64,000 bases of DNA from Octopus bimaculoides (Eukaryota): positions 128,504,600-128,568,599 of the forward strand of contig NC_068983.1 of the NCBI RefSeq assembly GCF_001194135.2. Reading direction: 5' to 3'. Both the position numbers and the translations under genes were made by a program. The notes beneath the pieces are model-generated. The model saw only the letters and a program-made list of their open reading frames with translations, was not told the origin of the DNA and did no database searches. The first letter of the stretch is position 1. Each line of letters opens with the position of its first letter. This document shows, one piece after another, positions 1-13,156 of the stretch.

Positions 1-29
1 ACTGCCGGTAATGTAAAACGGTACGTTCT

Positions 30-760
30 TGTCAAACCTGAAGAATTTGTGTAGACTTTTTGCACTGCCCAGTAATGTTGATTTCTGTGTGCGCTCTATT
101 TTTAATTTTATGCTAATTCTTTCCAACTATTTTTTTATTTCTTTGCTCACTGTAACAGGGGCACCAACAATTACTGGCTCAATATACATGTTTTTCATTA
201 GTTATAAACTTCATGGTTCCATCAGTTTTTCTCTTTCTCTATCTTTGTCTACGATTCTACTGTACTAGGAAACACAATGTCTATGAACAGGTTCGCTTTT
301 TCTCCGCTGTGTTCCAGTAGAATATTTGGTTTCCAATGTTCGATTCCATGATAATATTGGATCATGAGTTTCCTAAATATCTTCACTCGATCACTTTCTA
401 AAACACAATTTGACTCGTGTCCATCTCATTTTCTCGCCTTTTCGAGTCAAATCAAGTTCTTAATGTCCATATAGTTCTCAATGAGTGTTTCTTTCGACAT
501 TGTCATTCCTTCACTTGTATACTTACTGAGCCAATTTCAGCATCCACTTAAAATGTGCCACGCCAGTTTGACCACATTTTTGTATTTGGCAGGTTCTAAG
601 GACTGGTAAATCCTGAATTTCATGTACTTTGTACCTGTGTTCCGAACAGGAAGCCGTCTGTTTCATGTCTCCGGTAATGTTTTTTAATTACATCTCTCTT
701 TTTCCTTGTGACATCTCTCAAGATCTCATCGTGCAAGTTCATATTTTTTTAATCACTTCT
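30..760 (-). mobile_element. Decayed 3' portion (REL endonuclease region) of an R4/Dong-clade non-LTR retrotransposon
   Basis: Minus-strand translation across stops and frameshifts gives ...LMIQYYHGIEHWKPNILL...IEPVIVGAPVTVSKE...IERTQKSTLLGSAKSLHKF, matching the REL-LINE C-terminal pattern (P-D..., PIIVGALG, QK.ALLGTA.ILRK) seen intact at 53200-53605. Confidence 0.7.
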
Positions 761-974
761 TGGTCTTTGTTTCTGCCTTTATCTAGTAGTTAATTTTATT
801 CTGACCTAATTTTGTATGAAATTAACGTGCTTTCCTTGCATCTTTTGCAGGGCAATGAAAGCACGTGAAAAATATTAGACGACGGAATGACAACAACAAC
901 AACAACAACAACAACAACGAGGACGATGATGACAACGACGATGGTGATGATGAAGATAATGATAATATTAAAAA

Positions 975-1170
975 TGTTGGAGCTGCTGTTAGGCTTGAGA
1001 TGATCCAGAACACAGCATTGTTGAGTATAGCTCGCATTCTAAGGAGAGTATTGTCTCTTTGAGTCACAGGAGAAGTCACTACTTAAAACCTTTGGCGATT
1101 TGTTATTCTACGCTTTCAAGTAAAGAATAACTGGTAATTAAGAATTATCCGAGAGACTTTCAGAACAACA
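975..1170 (+). mobile_element. 3' terminus of an R4/Dong-like LINE with microsatellite tail
   Basis: Encodes VRLEMIQNTALLSIARILRRVLSL* (typical QKTALLGTARILRKVL end), then a short 3' UTR and (AAC)n/(GAT)n/(ATT)n. Confidence 0.7.
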
Positions 1171-1181
1171 ACAACGTCGAC

Positions 1182-1217
<36 letters not shown>

Positions 1218-1244
1218 AATTATTATTATTATCATTATCATCAA

Positions 1245-1995
1245 TGACTTTGCACAACTTCTAACGCTGGAGATGCACTACAGTGCCAGCTGTTCACTAC
1301 TAGTGAACTGAGGTAACCCCTCTTATTTTTCTAGCTCCTTCCGGAGTTTTCGAACGGTTCCAAGTAGTGCTGTTTTCTGCAAGTGCTCCATCATTATTGC
1401 CGCCCATACGTGTTTCCACGTACTTCTAGAGATTTTTCGACACTGTTCTCAGGGCTCAGACAATTATTGATACTACTGCTAACTTTTTCATCGACCACAG
1501 CTGCTTAACTTCCCAAGCTAACCTGACTTTTCTTTCTTCCTTATCGAATACCTTATCAGCTGGGCAAGCTATATCTATGATCCAGCATAGTTTGTTTTCT
1601 TTTTCAATTAAGACTATGTCCGGCTCCCTATTCTCTAACTCATGGCTGCAATGAAACATATACTCCCATAGGATCTTCACCTTTCCATTTTCGACGATGC
1701 CTTCAGGTTTGTAGCCGAACCAAATTTTTGCTCTGTCAAGTCTATACTTGTTGCAAAGTGTTCAATGGCTATATGTTGTCGTGGTGTCTCTTATATTACT
1801 TCTGGGCTAGTGGCGTACTCTGGCTGGTAATGTGCCATACGGTTTCACCGTTCTGTCCACAGATTGTGCACTTATCACTTTCTGCTATGTTGTCTATTAT
1901 GTAGTTTGTTCTTAGTGTTTACTCTTGGGCAGCACAGATAAAAGACTCCATTTCCGGTTTTAAATTACTTTTAGTCATCCACACCCATGATGTCT
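1245..1995 (-). mobile_element. R4/Dong-clade LINE remnant: CCHC zinc knuckle + REL endonuclease
   Basis: Minus strand reads LKPEMESFICAAQE*...KCTICGQNGETVWHI...LAQK*YKRHHDN...KILWEYMFHCSHELENREPDIVLIEKENKLCWIIDIACP...EHLQKTALLGTVRKLRKEL (ORF 1456..1680 plus flanks). Confidence 0.85.
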
Positions 1996-2049
1996 TTTTG
2001 TTTGTCGTATCTTCAACATCTCTATGAAATTGTCAATGCATTCTTTTCT

Positions 2050-2885
2050 TTCTCCACCTATTTTCCGTTCCATTCGTAGATTATGCAAATCAAAAGAGGA
2101 AAGCGTTACTTACCTAGTTAGTGAATGTAGCTTGCTGGCACAAAAAGGATACAAAACATCGGAATTGACAAGAAAGGAGAGCAAGTTCAAAAACTACTTT
2201 GCTTGGGAAAGCTGGGATTCTGAGAGTTTTATTTGGGTGGTGAATATTCTCCCCGATAATTAACAACTAATTAGCCATGATTATAACGTGTCGAAAGGGA
2301 AGTTGTGAGACCTCTGACGCACTACTGTCCCCTCTCAGACAATCAACCAGAGCAAATAAGACAGAACGCTCTGAGAAGTAAAATATGACAATCTAGGGAA
2401 AAATACATGGCAATCTAGGGAAAGTAATCCACTGGGAGCTATGTAGAAAGCTAGGATTTGAACACACTGATAAATGGTATGAACAGGAACTTAGTAAATT
2501 ACGTGAAAGTCAGAAATATAAGATGTTGTGAGACTTCGACATTGAGCCTAACAGAGTAATAAAAGCTAGAAGACTTGATTTGGTAGTAGCAGTAGATGAA
2601 AAGAAGAGAATGTGCCATATAATAGACTTTACAGTCGCACATGATGAAAACATGAATTTGAGAATATAGTAGAAATTAGTAAAAAAAAGCAAAGTACTAG
2701 GACCGAGCTACTGAATTACAGAGGCTATGGAAAGTGCGTGTAAAATGTATCCCAGTATTTATAGGTGCATTAAGAACTATCTCTAAAGATTTGAACAGGT
2801 AGATAAAGGAAATATCCATAAAGCCCAATTTAGTACAACTCTAGTGTTATTAGCGACAACAAGGATACTTGGCTTCTAAGGTTAC
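2050..2885 (+). mobile_element. R4/Dong-clade LINE remnant (CCHC + REL) with a ~230-bp interruption
   Basis: ECSLLAQKGYK (2113-2155), then HGNLGKVIHWELCRKLGFEHTDKWYE...KARRLDLVVAVDEKKRMCHIIDFTV...IPVFIGALRTISKDL; followed by an (AAC)/(AAT)n tract. Confidence 0.8.
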
Positions 2886-2896
2886 TTGATAAAACA

Positions 2897-2934
2897 GCAA
2901 CAACAACAACAACAATAATAATGATAATAATATT

Positions 2935-2996
<62 letters not shown>

Positions 2997-3003
2997 TAAT
3001 AAT
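2897..3003. repeat. (AAC)n/(AAT)n microsatellite
   Basis: Direct reading of the sequence. Confidence 0.95.
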
Positions 3004-3850
3004 CTATCCTTTTGTTACCCACTAGGGCTTACATAAACTAACATTAAAAGACATGTAACGACATAAAAGACAAAAAGAGGACGATACAGTGGGTTTTCCG
3101 CGTGTAAACAATATAAATAACAATTAAAATTGAACGAACTAAAACTCCCAACAAGGAAAGCGCTTTAAGATCCTCGTCGAAAAACCCACAAAAGCTACTA
3201 GGGCCTGATCAACAGAGCAAGTGCCCTTCTCCTCTGACACCTTTTTTACAGGTCCATGCAGGTGCACGCTCAGAATTGGTCCTTTCACACTGGCCATTCT
3301 TCCAACATTCACCCACCTTTTCAACAAACTTGCAACAAGGCAACACTTCCCTCTCCACCCTCAACTTCTTTGTCAAGTGAAACTTGAATTAGTTAATGAG
3401 GGCTTGGCCAAAGACGAAAGTGCCTGTCTTTAGCCCTTTCAAACGGATCCACCATACTACATCTTTCGCTACAGTCACTAGACAAATTAAAATTGTCTGT
3501 TCTTCCCGGCCAAAAGAGAGTGGTGTGACAATCTTCACAATGGATTCAACTGATGGCCGGTTTCGTCTTACATCTGACAGCAGGTGCTCGACATGAACCT
3601 ACAGATCAGCAATACTTTGACACAGGACTAGGGCGTGCAGAATGGTTTCATCGTTCTGGGCGCAACTCGGGCAGGCTCGGCTGACAGCAGTTCCGTATCT
3701 GTACACTTTATCGCGAAGAGGCAGCGCGTCTCGGTAGCACTGCCAGGCGAGGGATTTCTGGAAGTTATCTATACGCCCAGGATGGAAAGTTCTCCGAAAC
3801 AGACCGTTTAGTTGATCTTCATCGACTTCCAGAGTTTCTCCAGACCGCCG
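3004..3850 (-). mobile_element. 3' end of a Tx1/L1-clade LINE (zf-RVT region of ORF2 plus 3' UTR)
   Basis: Minus strand reads GRIDNFQKSLAWQCYRDALPLRDKVYRYGTAVSRACPSCAQNDETILHALVLCQSIA...AKDVVWWIRLKGLK, the W..L...LP...CP.C...ET..H.L..C signature of L1/Tx1 zinc-binding C-termini. Confidence 0.8.
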
Positions 3851-3861
3851 TTGCTTGGCGT

Positions 3862-3960
3862 AACGGGATTACAAAAGACGATATGACAATGTAACAAGAA
3901 TGATCCATTGGGAGCTCTGAGGAAATCACGGCCTACAAAAAACAAAGAAGTTGTATGAAC
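3862..3960 (+). mobile_element. Short R4/Dong LINE fragment
   Basis: CLA*RDYKRRYDNVTRMIHWEL*GNHGLQKTKKLYEQ, equivalent to the LAQKEYKRRHDNVA..IHWELC motif. Confidence 0.6.
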
Positions 3961-4034
3961 AAATAGTGACAACAACAACAACAGCAACAACAATCATAAT
4001 AATAATAATAATATTAATAATAATAATAATAATT

Positions 4035-4060
4035 AGAAGAAGAAGAAGAAGAAGAAGAAG

Positions 4061-4091
<31 letters not shown>
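4035..4091. repeat. (AGA)n microsatellite following (AAT)n
   Basis: Direct reading. Confidence 0.95.
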
Positions 4092-4099
4092 GGAAGTAG

Positions 4100-6335
4100 T
4101 TTAGAAAGAAATATGGTTGGTGAATGAACAGCCTCAGAAAAGATCTATCAATATAACACAGCGCCTGAAAAACTCTGGACTCTCCTATAACTACAAATAA
4201 AACAAAACAAAACAAAAAAGACTGCAAAATCTAAGCAATTGGAAGGCACTCGGGCACGACAAGATTCGCAATTTCTGGTTAGAATATCTAAGAAGAATAC
4301 ATAAAACGGTGGCTGAGAAATATAATGAGATACCAGAAAAAAAAAAAAACAGGCAATGCATGAATGGCTCACAGAAGGCAAAAGTATCCTAATTCCCAGC
4401 CCAGTGAAACGGCAAATCCACTACAGTACAGACCGATAACTTGTCTCCAGCGACAATTTAAAAATCTTTTACTGAAATAATATTACAGACAATGGGCAAA
4501 TATGTGGAAGAAGACAACCTGTTTCCGAAAGGGCAGAGGGGGTGTTGTGAGGGCTCATACGGTTGTAAAGATCAGCTACAGATCAACAAAGCCTTAACTG
4601 AAAACAGCCGAAGAATGGAACAGGGTCTATGTATGGCTTAGATCAACTATCGAAAGGTTCTTGATAATATTCCACTCACACGTATTCTAGAAACACTAAC
4701 CATGAACAATGTACTACCAAGAATCATAAAATATATATAACATTCTATGAATAAATTGCAAGAAGTGCTACAACTCCAGAAAAAGAGGGATTCATAAATT
4801 CCAAAGGCATCCCCATTAGAAGAGGAATATTCCAGGGAGGTACGCTCCCTTCACTCCTTTCTGCTTGGCACTGATACCTTTATGTGACATGCAAAACAGA
4901 ACTGGATGGGGATACAGTAATCAGCAACACAACCAACCACCTTTTCTTTATGGATAATCTAAAACTGTATGCTACAAATGATAAACAGATGGAAACTTTA
5001 CTACCGACAGTATATGAATTTACAAAAATAATAACCATGAAATTTTTCTTAGAAAAATGTGTCAAACCAAATTAAAAAGAGGAAAACTAGTAAAGAGTAA
5101 CAACATCAAACTAGATAAAGCAAATGAGATATGAGAATTATACCAAAGCCAGCCATACTAATACTTTGGTATCAATGAACTAGATACGAATGCAACACAC
5201 ACAAATGAAAGAGAAGATAATGAAGGAACACTATATACGATTTAGATTAATATGGAAAACAGAGCTGAATGTGAAAAACAAGTTAATAAGTATTAACACT
5301 TTAGCCGTCCTAGATATAAGGTACAAATATTCATAAATGAACTCTACATGAACTAATAAAAATAGACAGGAAAACAAAAAAACAAAGACAGAACTTAGGA
5401 TGCTTCACCTAAAATCTGACATGGAAAGATTATATATATATATATATATCGTATTGAAGGTGGTGGAGGCCTTATATAGCTAGAAAAGTATCATAAAATA
5501 ACCACAGAATTACCTAGTTCACAAACAAGGAAAACTGATACATATGTTCACAAAACACGAGCAAAAGAAAAAGTTGTTTTCTATCGTTAAGGAAGCTGAA
5601 AAATACAAAAATGAAGTCAGAGTACCTGACATCTATGGAGCGAAAGAAGAAATAGCAAAAGCTGTAAAACAGCTGAAATTGAAACGATAACTGGAACAAC
5701 AGTATATCATGATAAAACGAAGGCAAGAAAAGCCCCTACATGGTAAATATTGGGTTAAGCTAAATACAAAATAAATAGACAAAGCAAAATCCCCCAAATT
5801 GTTGAGAAGCTCAGGGCTTAAAGCAGAGACGGAAAAATTCTTAGTTGCAGCACAAGACGAAAGCCATCTCACCACAAATCACCAAAAACACATAATGAAG
5901 AGAAATACAAGTAATTGCAGAATATGTGGTAATGGAAAAGAAACACTAACTCATATTTCTCTGGCTGCCAAATCTTGGCTAAGAAAGATTATAATCATAG
6001 ACATGAGGAGGCCATGCAAACACTATGAAATGAAAAGAGAAAAAAATGGTATAGGCACACCCCTGAAAAAGGTCACATAAAATTAGAAAGCCACCATTCT
6101 CTGGGATATGACACTAAGGCCAATATGCCGGATATAGTTATCAGAGATCACCAACAGAAGATAGTGCTTTCTAATCGATATATCTATACCAACAGATGAC
6201 AACGGTACTCTAAAAGAAACAGAAATTTTCGAAATACAAAGATCTGGAAATAGAGTTAACTCGAATGTGGAGCTTAAAACGAGAAATAATTCCTATCATT
6301 GTAGGCGCATTAGGTATGTGTCCCATTTGGACGAT
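4100..6335 (+). mobile_element. Decayed R4/Dong-clade LINE (RT, CCHC, REL); same family as 51128-53697
   Basis: Colinear nucleotide similarity to 51300-53480 (e.g. catccccattagaagaggaatattccagg, GCKDQL.INKA, NHLFFMDNLKLYA, ETEKFLVAAQD, CRICGNGKETLTHI, IPIIVGALG); many frameshifts and stops. Confidence 0.9.
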
Positions 6336-7330
6336 GGAATGTGGATGGGAAGTGCGCCGTTCGTCATCATAGTACTGTTAGAAGTATGTAGATTAAAGGT
6401 GTAAATAATGTTGTAATGAAATACTATTCTAAAAGCAAGCCTGTGAATGCAAATGATGTGCCAATTAGAGGATATAGACAACAGATGTTGCAAGAATGGC
6501 TGGTGATAGGGTTTTTGAGCCAACTGAACAGAGAATTCGTGATCAGGCAAGGACAAAAAGCAACAATAGATTGCTTTTTGAGATGGAGATTGAAATGATA
6601 AACAATTCCTCAAGAGAGAAATAGCACCGTTAGGAATGATGCCGATGAAAGAAATGAGTTTTATAGTGATGTCTGGGGAGTAAGAAAAGAGAACAATAGA
6701 AGTTTAGAGTGGCTGACAAACATACAAATTGGCATTGGGGATAATCAACAGGTAGAATTAGGGATAACATCTGGTAGTTCTCCAATAAATTGGAAAGCTC
6801 CCGACAGGAGATGGTATACAAGGTTTCTGGTTGTAAAAGCTGAGGGACCTTCATATGTGAATTGCTGTGCAAATGAATAACATCTTGAATGGAATGGAGA
6901 GGAGAGGTTGCCAGAATGGCTAACCTTTTGGTGAGCGATCTTGTGTTTGAAGGATACCGGCAAAGAAAAAGCAATTGATATCTTTAGACCTATCTCTTGC
7001 TTTTTCCCTTATGTGGATGCTTATGACAGGTGTCATTGCTGAATCAATGACTGAAAATCTGGAGGAGACATTACCTGATAACCAGAAGGGATGTAACAGA
7101 AGAAACAAGGGGATTAAGAATGAATTATTGATTGATAAAATATCATTAAAGATTGTAAAAGAAGGGTCACAAACCTTGCCATTGCTTGGATGGATTGATT
7201 ACCGCAAGGCTTACGACATGATACCATTTGGTTTGATAGTAGAATGTTTGGAAATGTCTTGTTGTTTCGAGCTAACATTTTGCTGTTTCTAGAAAGTAGT
7301 ATGGCTGGTTGGAAGACTGAGCTGACATAA
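6335..7330 (+). mobile_element. Second R4/Dong-like LINE fragment (N-terminal region joined to start of RT)
   Basis: MKYYSKSKPVNANDVPIRGYRQQM (R4 N-terminal motif, cf. 53990-54060), NWKAP..DGIQGFW, FRPISCF.LMWMLMTGVIA, QKGCNRRNKGIKNELLIDK, WIDYRKAYDMIP. Confidence 0.8.
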
Positions 7331-7939
7331 CGTGTGTTGGTTGTAATACACTTAACCCAATCCCGAAATTTCTGGCCTGGCGCCAAAATTTGACACAAGC
7401 ATTAAAGCCTTAGAAACGCTATCAAACATAATGAAAATGCGAATGGACTTTTCAGTGCCGAAAGTAGATTTGAAAAATGATCAACAGAATCTAAACATAA
7501 CGTTAGGAAGGACACGAAGAGACTATGTTATTGGGCATTCGCTGGTGCAGAGGCAGTACAATGTGATTAAGTATATATTTGATATCACTTCATGAAAGAA
7601 TGTTACGAATGATTGACAAATAACCTGACTCTACTGTATTATGGGCACAAACGCACCCTTAAGTTAACCAGATCAAACTAGATTAAAGAAAAGAAGAACT
7701 GTGACCATAATGAAAGAAAAACTATAAAAGCAAATTTTTCAGTACAAAACTATCACATTATCCTGCAAAATGCTTGGAAGTATCGTTCGGTATGATTGCC
7801 AATTACGTCTTCCAGCAAAAGGCTAATGAATTAACAGTGACTCATTGATGTCTGGAGGAGAGATATCTTGTTGATACATTCTAGGAAGTTTTCATCATAT
7901 ATTTGCAAGCATGAGTACAGACAAAATTAGGCTCATAAG

Positions 7940-7970
7940 AGAAAGAGAGAGAGAGATAGAGAGAGAGAGA

Positions 7971-8016
<46 letters not shown>
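7940..8016. repeat. (GA)n microsatellite
   Basis: Direct reading. Confidence 0.95.
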
Positions 8017-8017
<1 letters not shown>

Positions 8018-8924
8018 GTGGGAGAGTGGGGCATGGAGAAAGTCGAAAAAGTGAAATGGAGAAGATTATGAGAAACTAGGAAAACAAGTGAGGGAAAAAG
8101 TGGGGTAGACTCTGAAGTGAAGAAACATGCTAAATGAATTCATTCAATAATTTAGTATAGAAAGATAAAAAAAAAACAAAAAATAAGTAAAATATTATTG
8201 AACAAACCAATTTATTAACCCATGCAGAGTTCAAGACAATTATATGAAAATAGATTTACAGAATAGAAATAATATATAAACGGTAAGAGATGTGTTTGTA
8301 CGGACGTGTCTATATATATATAGACACATATATATGCTTACGTATATAAATATATCCACACACATATATAGACATACAAATGCAAATAACAGTTATGCAT
8401 TTGTGTACAAACGCATACACATGTATTTGATTGGGTGTAATTAGATAGATATACAGGTACATACATGTAATATAAATATATTTAGATACAGAGAGGGCAT
8501 GGTAGACGGATCGATCCATAGTTTGGTGGATAAAATATTATTGTGCTTCTGTGTCCAACTATATTCCACTGCATACCTATTGACATATCTATAGGCACAC
8601 ACACACATACACACATACAGATATGTATTCATATCTATCTGTATACTAATACTTATATACATAGGATTTGATGTGCACCATGTATTTTTTACCCCCACAA
8701 TAATAGACGTCAAAGTAGGGTAGTTTCCCTTACATTATAACTTTTCAGCTAATAATTTGTCCGTCCTTGTCCATATTTGACCCTGTGACTTACCATGAAC
8801 AACTTAAACACAGTTACAACACTTCATCAAGTATTGCTTGCTTGAATGCTTTCCAGCGTACACACGCATGCAGAGATTAAAAAAAAAGACATATGTATAT
8901 ACATTTAATCCCTCTCGCTCTCTC

Positions 8925-8955
<31 letters not shown>

Positions 8956-10307
8956 CACACACCATTCAGTCATATATACACACATAAAGAATATATGTAC
9001 ATACATATATGAATATATGAGTATACATATATAAACATTAAGTACATGCATACACACTCACACAGCTCTCTCTATATGTATCTCTATATATATATACACA
9101 TGCAGAGATACAGGCACGCACATACATGTGGACATGTATAATATTTTGTTTGCAAACATTCTGTTGTTATTGAATTTAATAGAATTTTCGTGCACAAAAA
9201 TATGTAAAACAAGAAAAGCAAATAGGAAAACAGGTTGAAAGTACAGCTCATTTAAGATAAGACTATTTAAACATTTAATAGAAACAGGTGTGAACGTTTT
9301 CTATTGAAAGATTATAGTTCGTTTGATACGCTATTATGTTCGCGTGATGAAATGAGAAGAAACCATATCAGTTATGTCCAATATTATGTAAGATTTTTAC
9401 ATGGGCAATTCCTTTCATGCTATTCAATGTTTTTGATGTATCCAAGGAATAGTAGAAGGAGCATTTGTTTATTTTCTTTTTCCTACAGTTTATTTTTGTT
9501 TCTGTTTATAATATTTATAAATTAATTATTGAAGAGTGAAAACAGAGTCTATGCCATTCCTGTTCTTACCACTATATTTTTTCGTGCTTGTAAAGAAACG
9601 TATGATTCTATACAAAAATATGCGCTCCAAACTCTTTGGAAAATTGTTATCGATATAGAAAGGGAATCAAATGAACCATAAAGAATTTTCTAAAAAATTC
9701 CTTTAGCTATCATGGAAAAACAAACCGTAAATATTAAAGAACATTTTCGTTTCATCTTGTTTCATATTATACATTTGAATGACTTTCTAAATATTAAAAG
9801 AATGAAAACATTTTATTTAAAAAATCGTAGCACCAATGAAGAAGTGATTTAAAGGCAATTCAGACGGACTAACGAGGGAGTCTGTATGTGATATCTCGTC
9901 TTGCTGCAATAAGAAACCAAACACCTTTTAAACCATATATCTCATTGACACGAAAATGGGGGAGAATACGAGGGGACAACGTTATTCAAGATGTAAATGA
10001 GAAGGAAATGAAAAAAAAAAAAAAGAAAAAAAGGAGATGGAAAAGACTGAAATTCTTTCATCAACAGCTTTTCTCTATCAGAAATGATTTGGGGTATATG
10101 CAGCGACAACACCATCATTCGGATCCATATTTAGTTGAATGAGGTAGTTTGTTATCAAAGACAGAAGTGACATTAGTTGTTTGTATCCTGTTGTCAGTTA
10201 GGAAGTATATCCGAGGATAACACACTCAATTATATGTATGTATGAATAGGAGCAAGATGATAGAGATGTAAGACTCTTTTATTCAGCGCCTGAACTGAAA
10301 TACTTAC

Positions 10308-10348
10308 ATGTTTACTGGCGATAGGAGTGGCGTTCAATCCTTCTTTTG
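10308..10348 (-). CDS. Candidate 41-nt exon of an unidentified gene
   Basis: Minus strand attctacttctgcag|CAAAAGAAGG...AGTAAACAT|gtaagt; one open frame (x)KEGLNATPIASKH. Splice-signal inference only. Confidence 0.2.
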
Positions 10349-12489
10349 CTGCAGAAGTAGAATAGATGTTCTTATATAAATCATTACATCTGACTCTTAA
10401 TTTAAATAGCCACATTTTCATGGGAAAGTCTAACTCGATTCAATATCTAATTGTCTGGAGTGTGTTGTTGTTGCTAATACGTTTACAATTGATTTTAACT
10501 TCAACTCTGGCAATTATTGTGACGAACTAAACTATTTCTATCTAAATAATTTTAGAAATATTTGTCAATTAAGAACACATAGTGTTTACATATTGCTCGA
10601 GTACAATTTATCTCTAAATGTTGTTGTCAGTGATGATAATAAAGATGATGAGGAGGAAGACGAAGATCGTGTATTTGCCATCTTTTTACATTGACTATTG
10701 TGTGATGATAATTCTTTTCAATTACTCCCCTAACGGCCACGATAAATCGCTTAATCCTACTCTGAGCACTCTAAAACTTATGAGTCCTCTGTTTCTACTG
10801 AAAGTTAAGTAATATTTGCAGTGATAATCACATGAATAATAGCTGCAAAGACTGAGAATTTGAGGGCAAATCACAATTAAAATAATATTCAAATATTTAG
10901 TTAGAAAATACATCAAGGAAACAGGTTCTATATGAGAGTATATATGTTGTTGCGCGGCTTTCTAGAAGTAGAAAAGCAGTCTTTAAATAGATCATATCGT
11001 CTTATAATAAAGAGAATGGTTGGACATATTATTGAATATTATGGTCTGACATGCACTTTCTGGAAAATACACCGATATAGACATGGTCGGAACATATTTG
11101 ATCCTACCAAATTCATCAGTGTTAAACTTGGCATAAACAGCAGGCAGTACCAATAGTAATAATGATAATAGTATAAACCATATTGAGTTGCCGTGACGAG
11201 TGAAAAAATGTTAGTCCACAATCTTGTGCATATGTGTGTGTGAATGTGTATATGCATATGCATATGCACATACACTAACACTCATATATGTATATACACA
11301 TCAATAACAATTTGACATAATGTCATATAATCAACTGATTACGTTATTCTAAGTCCACATTGTTGTTCTGCTGTAGTAAATTCCTCATTAATTCTGGCAA
11401 AATTGATTCCAAGATGATCAATTGAGATGTAACCACAGCAGAAACATGATGTTATAATTGAAATTAATCCATAAATAAAGAAATAAATAAGTTATTACAG
11501 AAAAAAAATAGAAATCAATAAACAATATCTTTTACATGAATTAGAATTTCAAGAAATCAAATATTAAGCGTAGGAAATGTTAGGAATGTTTCCCTGTGTA
11601 ACATTCAAGGAACGTCCATGGAAGTCCACAACAACATGATGTTTAATTATGAAGCATCAAGAATGTGTTAGAAATCCCGTGTTTACAGATAAAAGTTTTC
11701 TTTTACAGATACGATGAAAATGAATGGCGTTCTGTGTGTAAGGGAATGTACAGGGAGTTAGAGAAGGAGAATGAGATAAACGATGGGTGTGTGAATGAGA
11801 GATTTTAAATGAGGGAAACAAATCGAATGATTAATAGAAGAAAGAAAAATAGAGGCAGAAAGAAAAATAGAGAAAGAGAGAGGGGGAGAGAAGGGGAGGG
11901 AGAGCGAGAAAGAGAAGGAATGATAACAGGTGATAGAGAGATTGAGTGAAAGACTAATATAAACAAACTGGCAGAGAAATAGAAAAAAAGGAACTGAAAG
12001 TGATTGAATTTACTACAGACGAACAGTAAAGTATTTCAAATAAAGATAAACACATTGAAACATTTGATAATGATGGTAGTAGCGGTGGTGGTTCTCACAA
12101 TAGTCTTTGTGGTGGAATTGGTGTTAGTATTAGTGGGGATAGCGTAGGTGGGGCTAGTAATGTCGGAAGTGGTTGTGGTGATAAGGAGAAAGATGAAGAA
12201 AATGTTGTTGACTATGATGATGCTATGAATATGATTGCATCAATAACACCAGGAGCACAATTTTCGTCGGGTTAAATCTGATGCTTGTTTTTGACTAATT
12301 TTTGGCCCCTGAATCCAGAAATGAACCCAGTTCTGCATCGCATTAACTTTCTGAGCTACGGGGATAGCCTTCTTTTGTCGCAAGAACTATACAAATACCG
12401 TAACTTACACATGTGTGCTTATTTTACAGAATGTTTTAAAGATGGATATACAATGGAAAATAAATGTTTCACTCTAGTGATTTTTTTCT

Positions 12490-12870
12490 GTCTCAACCAT
12501 TAGACTGCGGTTATGCTGGAGTCTCACCTACAAGAATTTTATTCGAACGAATCGATCTCAGTACTTCGTTTGATCTTAAGCCTGGTACTTATCCTATCGG
12601 TCGCTTTTGCTGAACAATCAGGTTACAATAACCTAAACACATTAGACCTAGTTGCCAAGTGGTCGTGAGGGACAAACATAGAGACACTGACACACACACA
12701 TACCTGGGTATGTATACCTCGAGTGTCTTTCAATTTCCGTCTACCAAATCGGCAGATTTTGGTCAACCGTATGCTTTAGTAGAAGATATTTTCCCAACTT
12801 GCCATGCGGTGGGGTTGAACCCAGAACCCTGTGAGTGGGAAGCAAGCATATTTTACCACACAGCCACATA
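12490..12870 (-). mobile_element. tRNA-derived SINE, family 1 (head at right, internal CA-rich linker)
   Basis: Reverse complement begins tgtggctgtgtggtaaaatatgcttgcttcccactcacagggttctgggttcaaccccaccgcatggcaag (A-box/B-box-like); homologous to the plus copy at 58455-58620 and partial bodies at 31805-32030 and 59235-59350. Confidence 0.8.
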
Positions 12871-13075
12871 AATCAAATTTCTTCATATAAAGGAGATTGT
12901 CACTCTAAGTAAAACTGTGTGCAAGTAGGTAAGGTAAAAAAAAAAAAATTACACTTATAGCTTTCCAAGAGTATTGAATTTGTGGACAATTTCTCTTCAT
13001 GTACCAACAATAGTCAACTATCATATTTGCATAACATCTATCCTGATAACTTCCCTCCACGACCTTTAAATCTAG

Positions 13076-13156
13076 ACGGAAGCGTTCACCTTGCTCATCG
13101 CTGACCTAACAAAGACTGAGTCTTTTGTTAGTGATAGTGATCATACTGATCAACAT
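13076..13156 (+). CDS. Candidate 81-nt phase 0-0 exon
   Basis: ctttaaatctag|ACG...CAACAT|gtaagt; open frame TEAFTLLIADLTKTESFVSDSDHTDQH. No homology recognised. Confidence 0.15.

Noticed and set aside
10940-11200. Signal-peptide-like reading WFILLSLLLLVLPAVYAKFNTDEF on the minus strand
   Set aside because: No in-frame ATG or acceptor upstream; the hydrophobic run derives from TTA-like low complexity.
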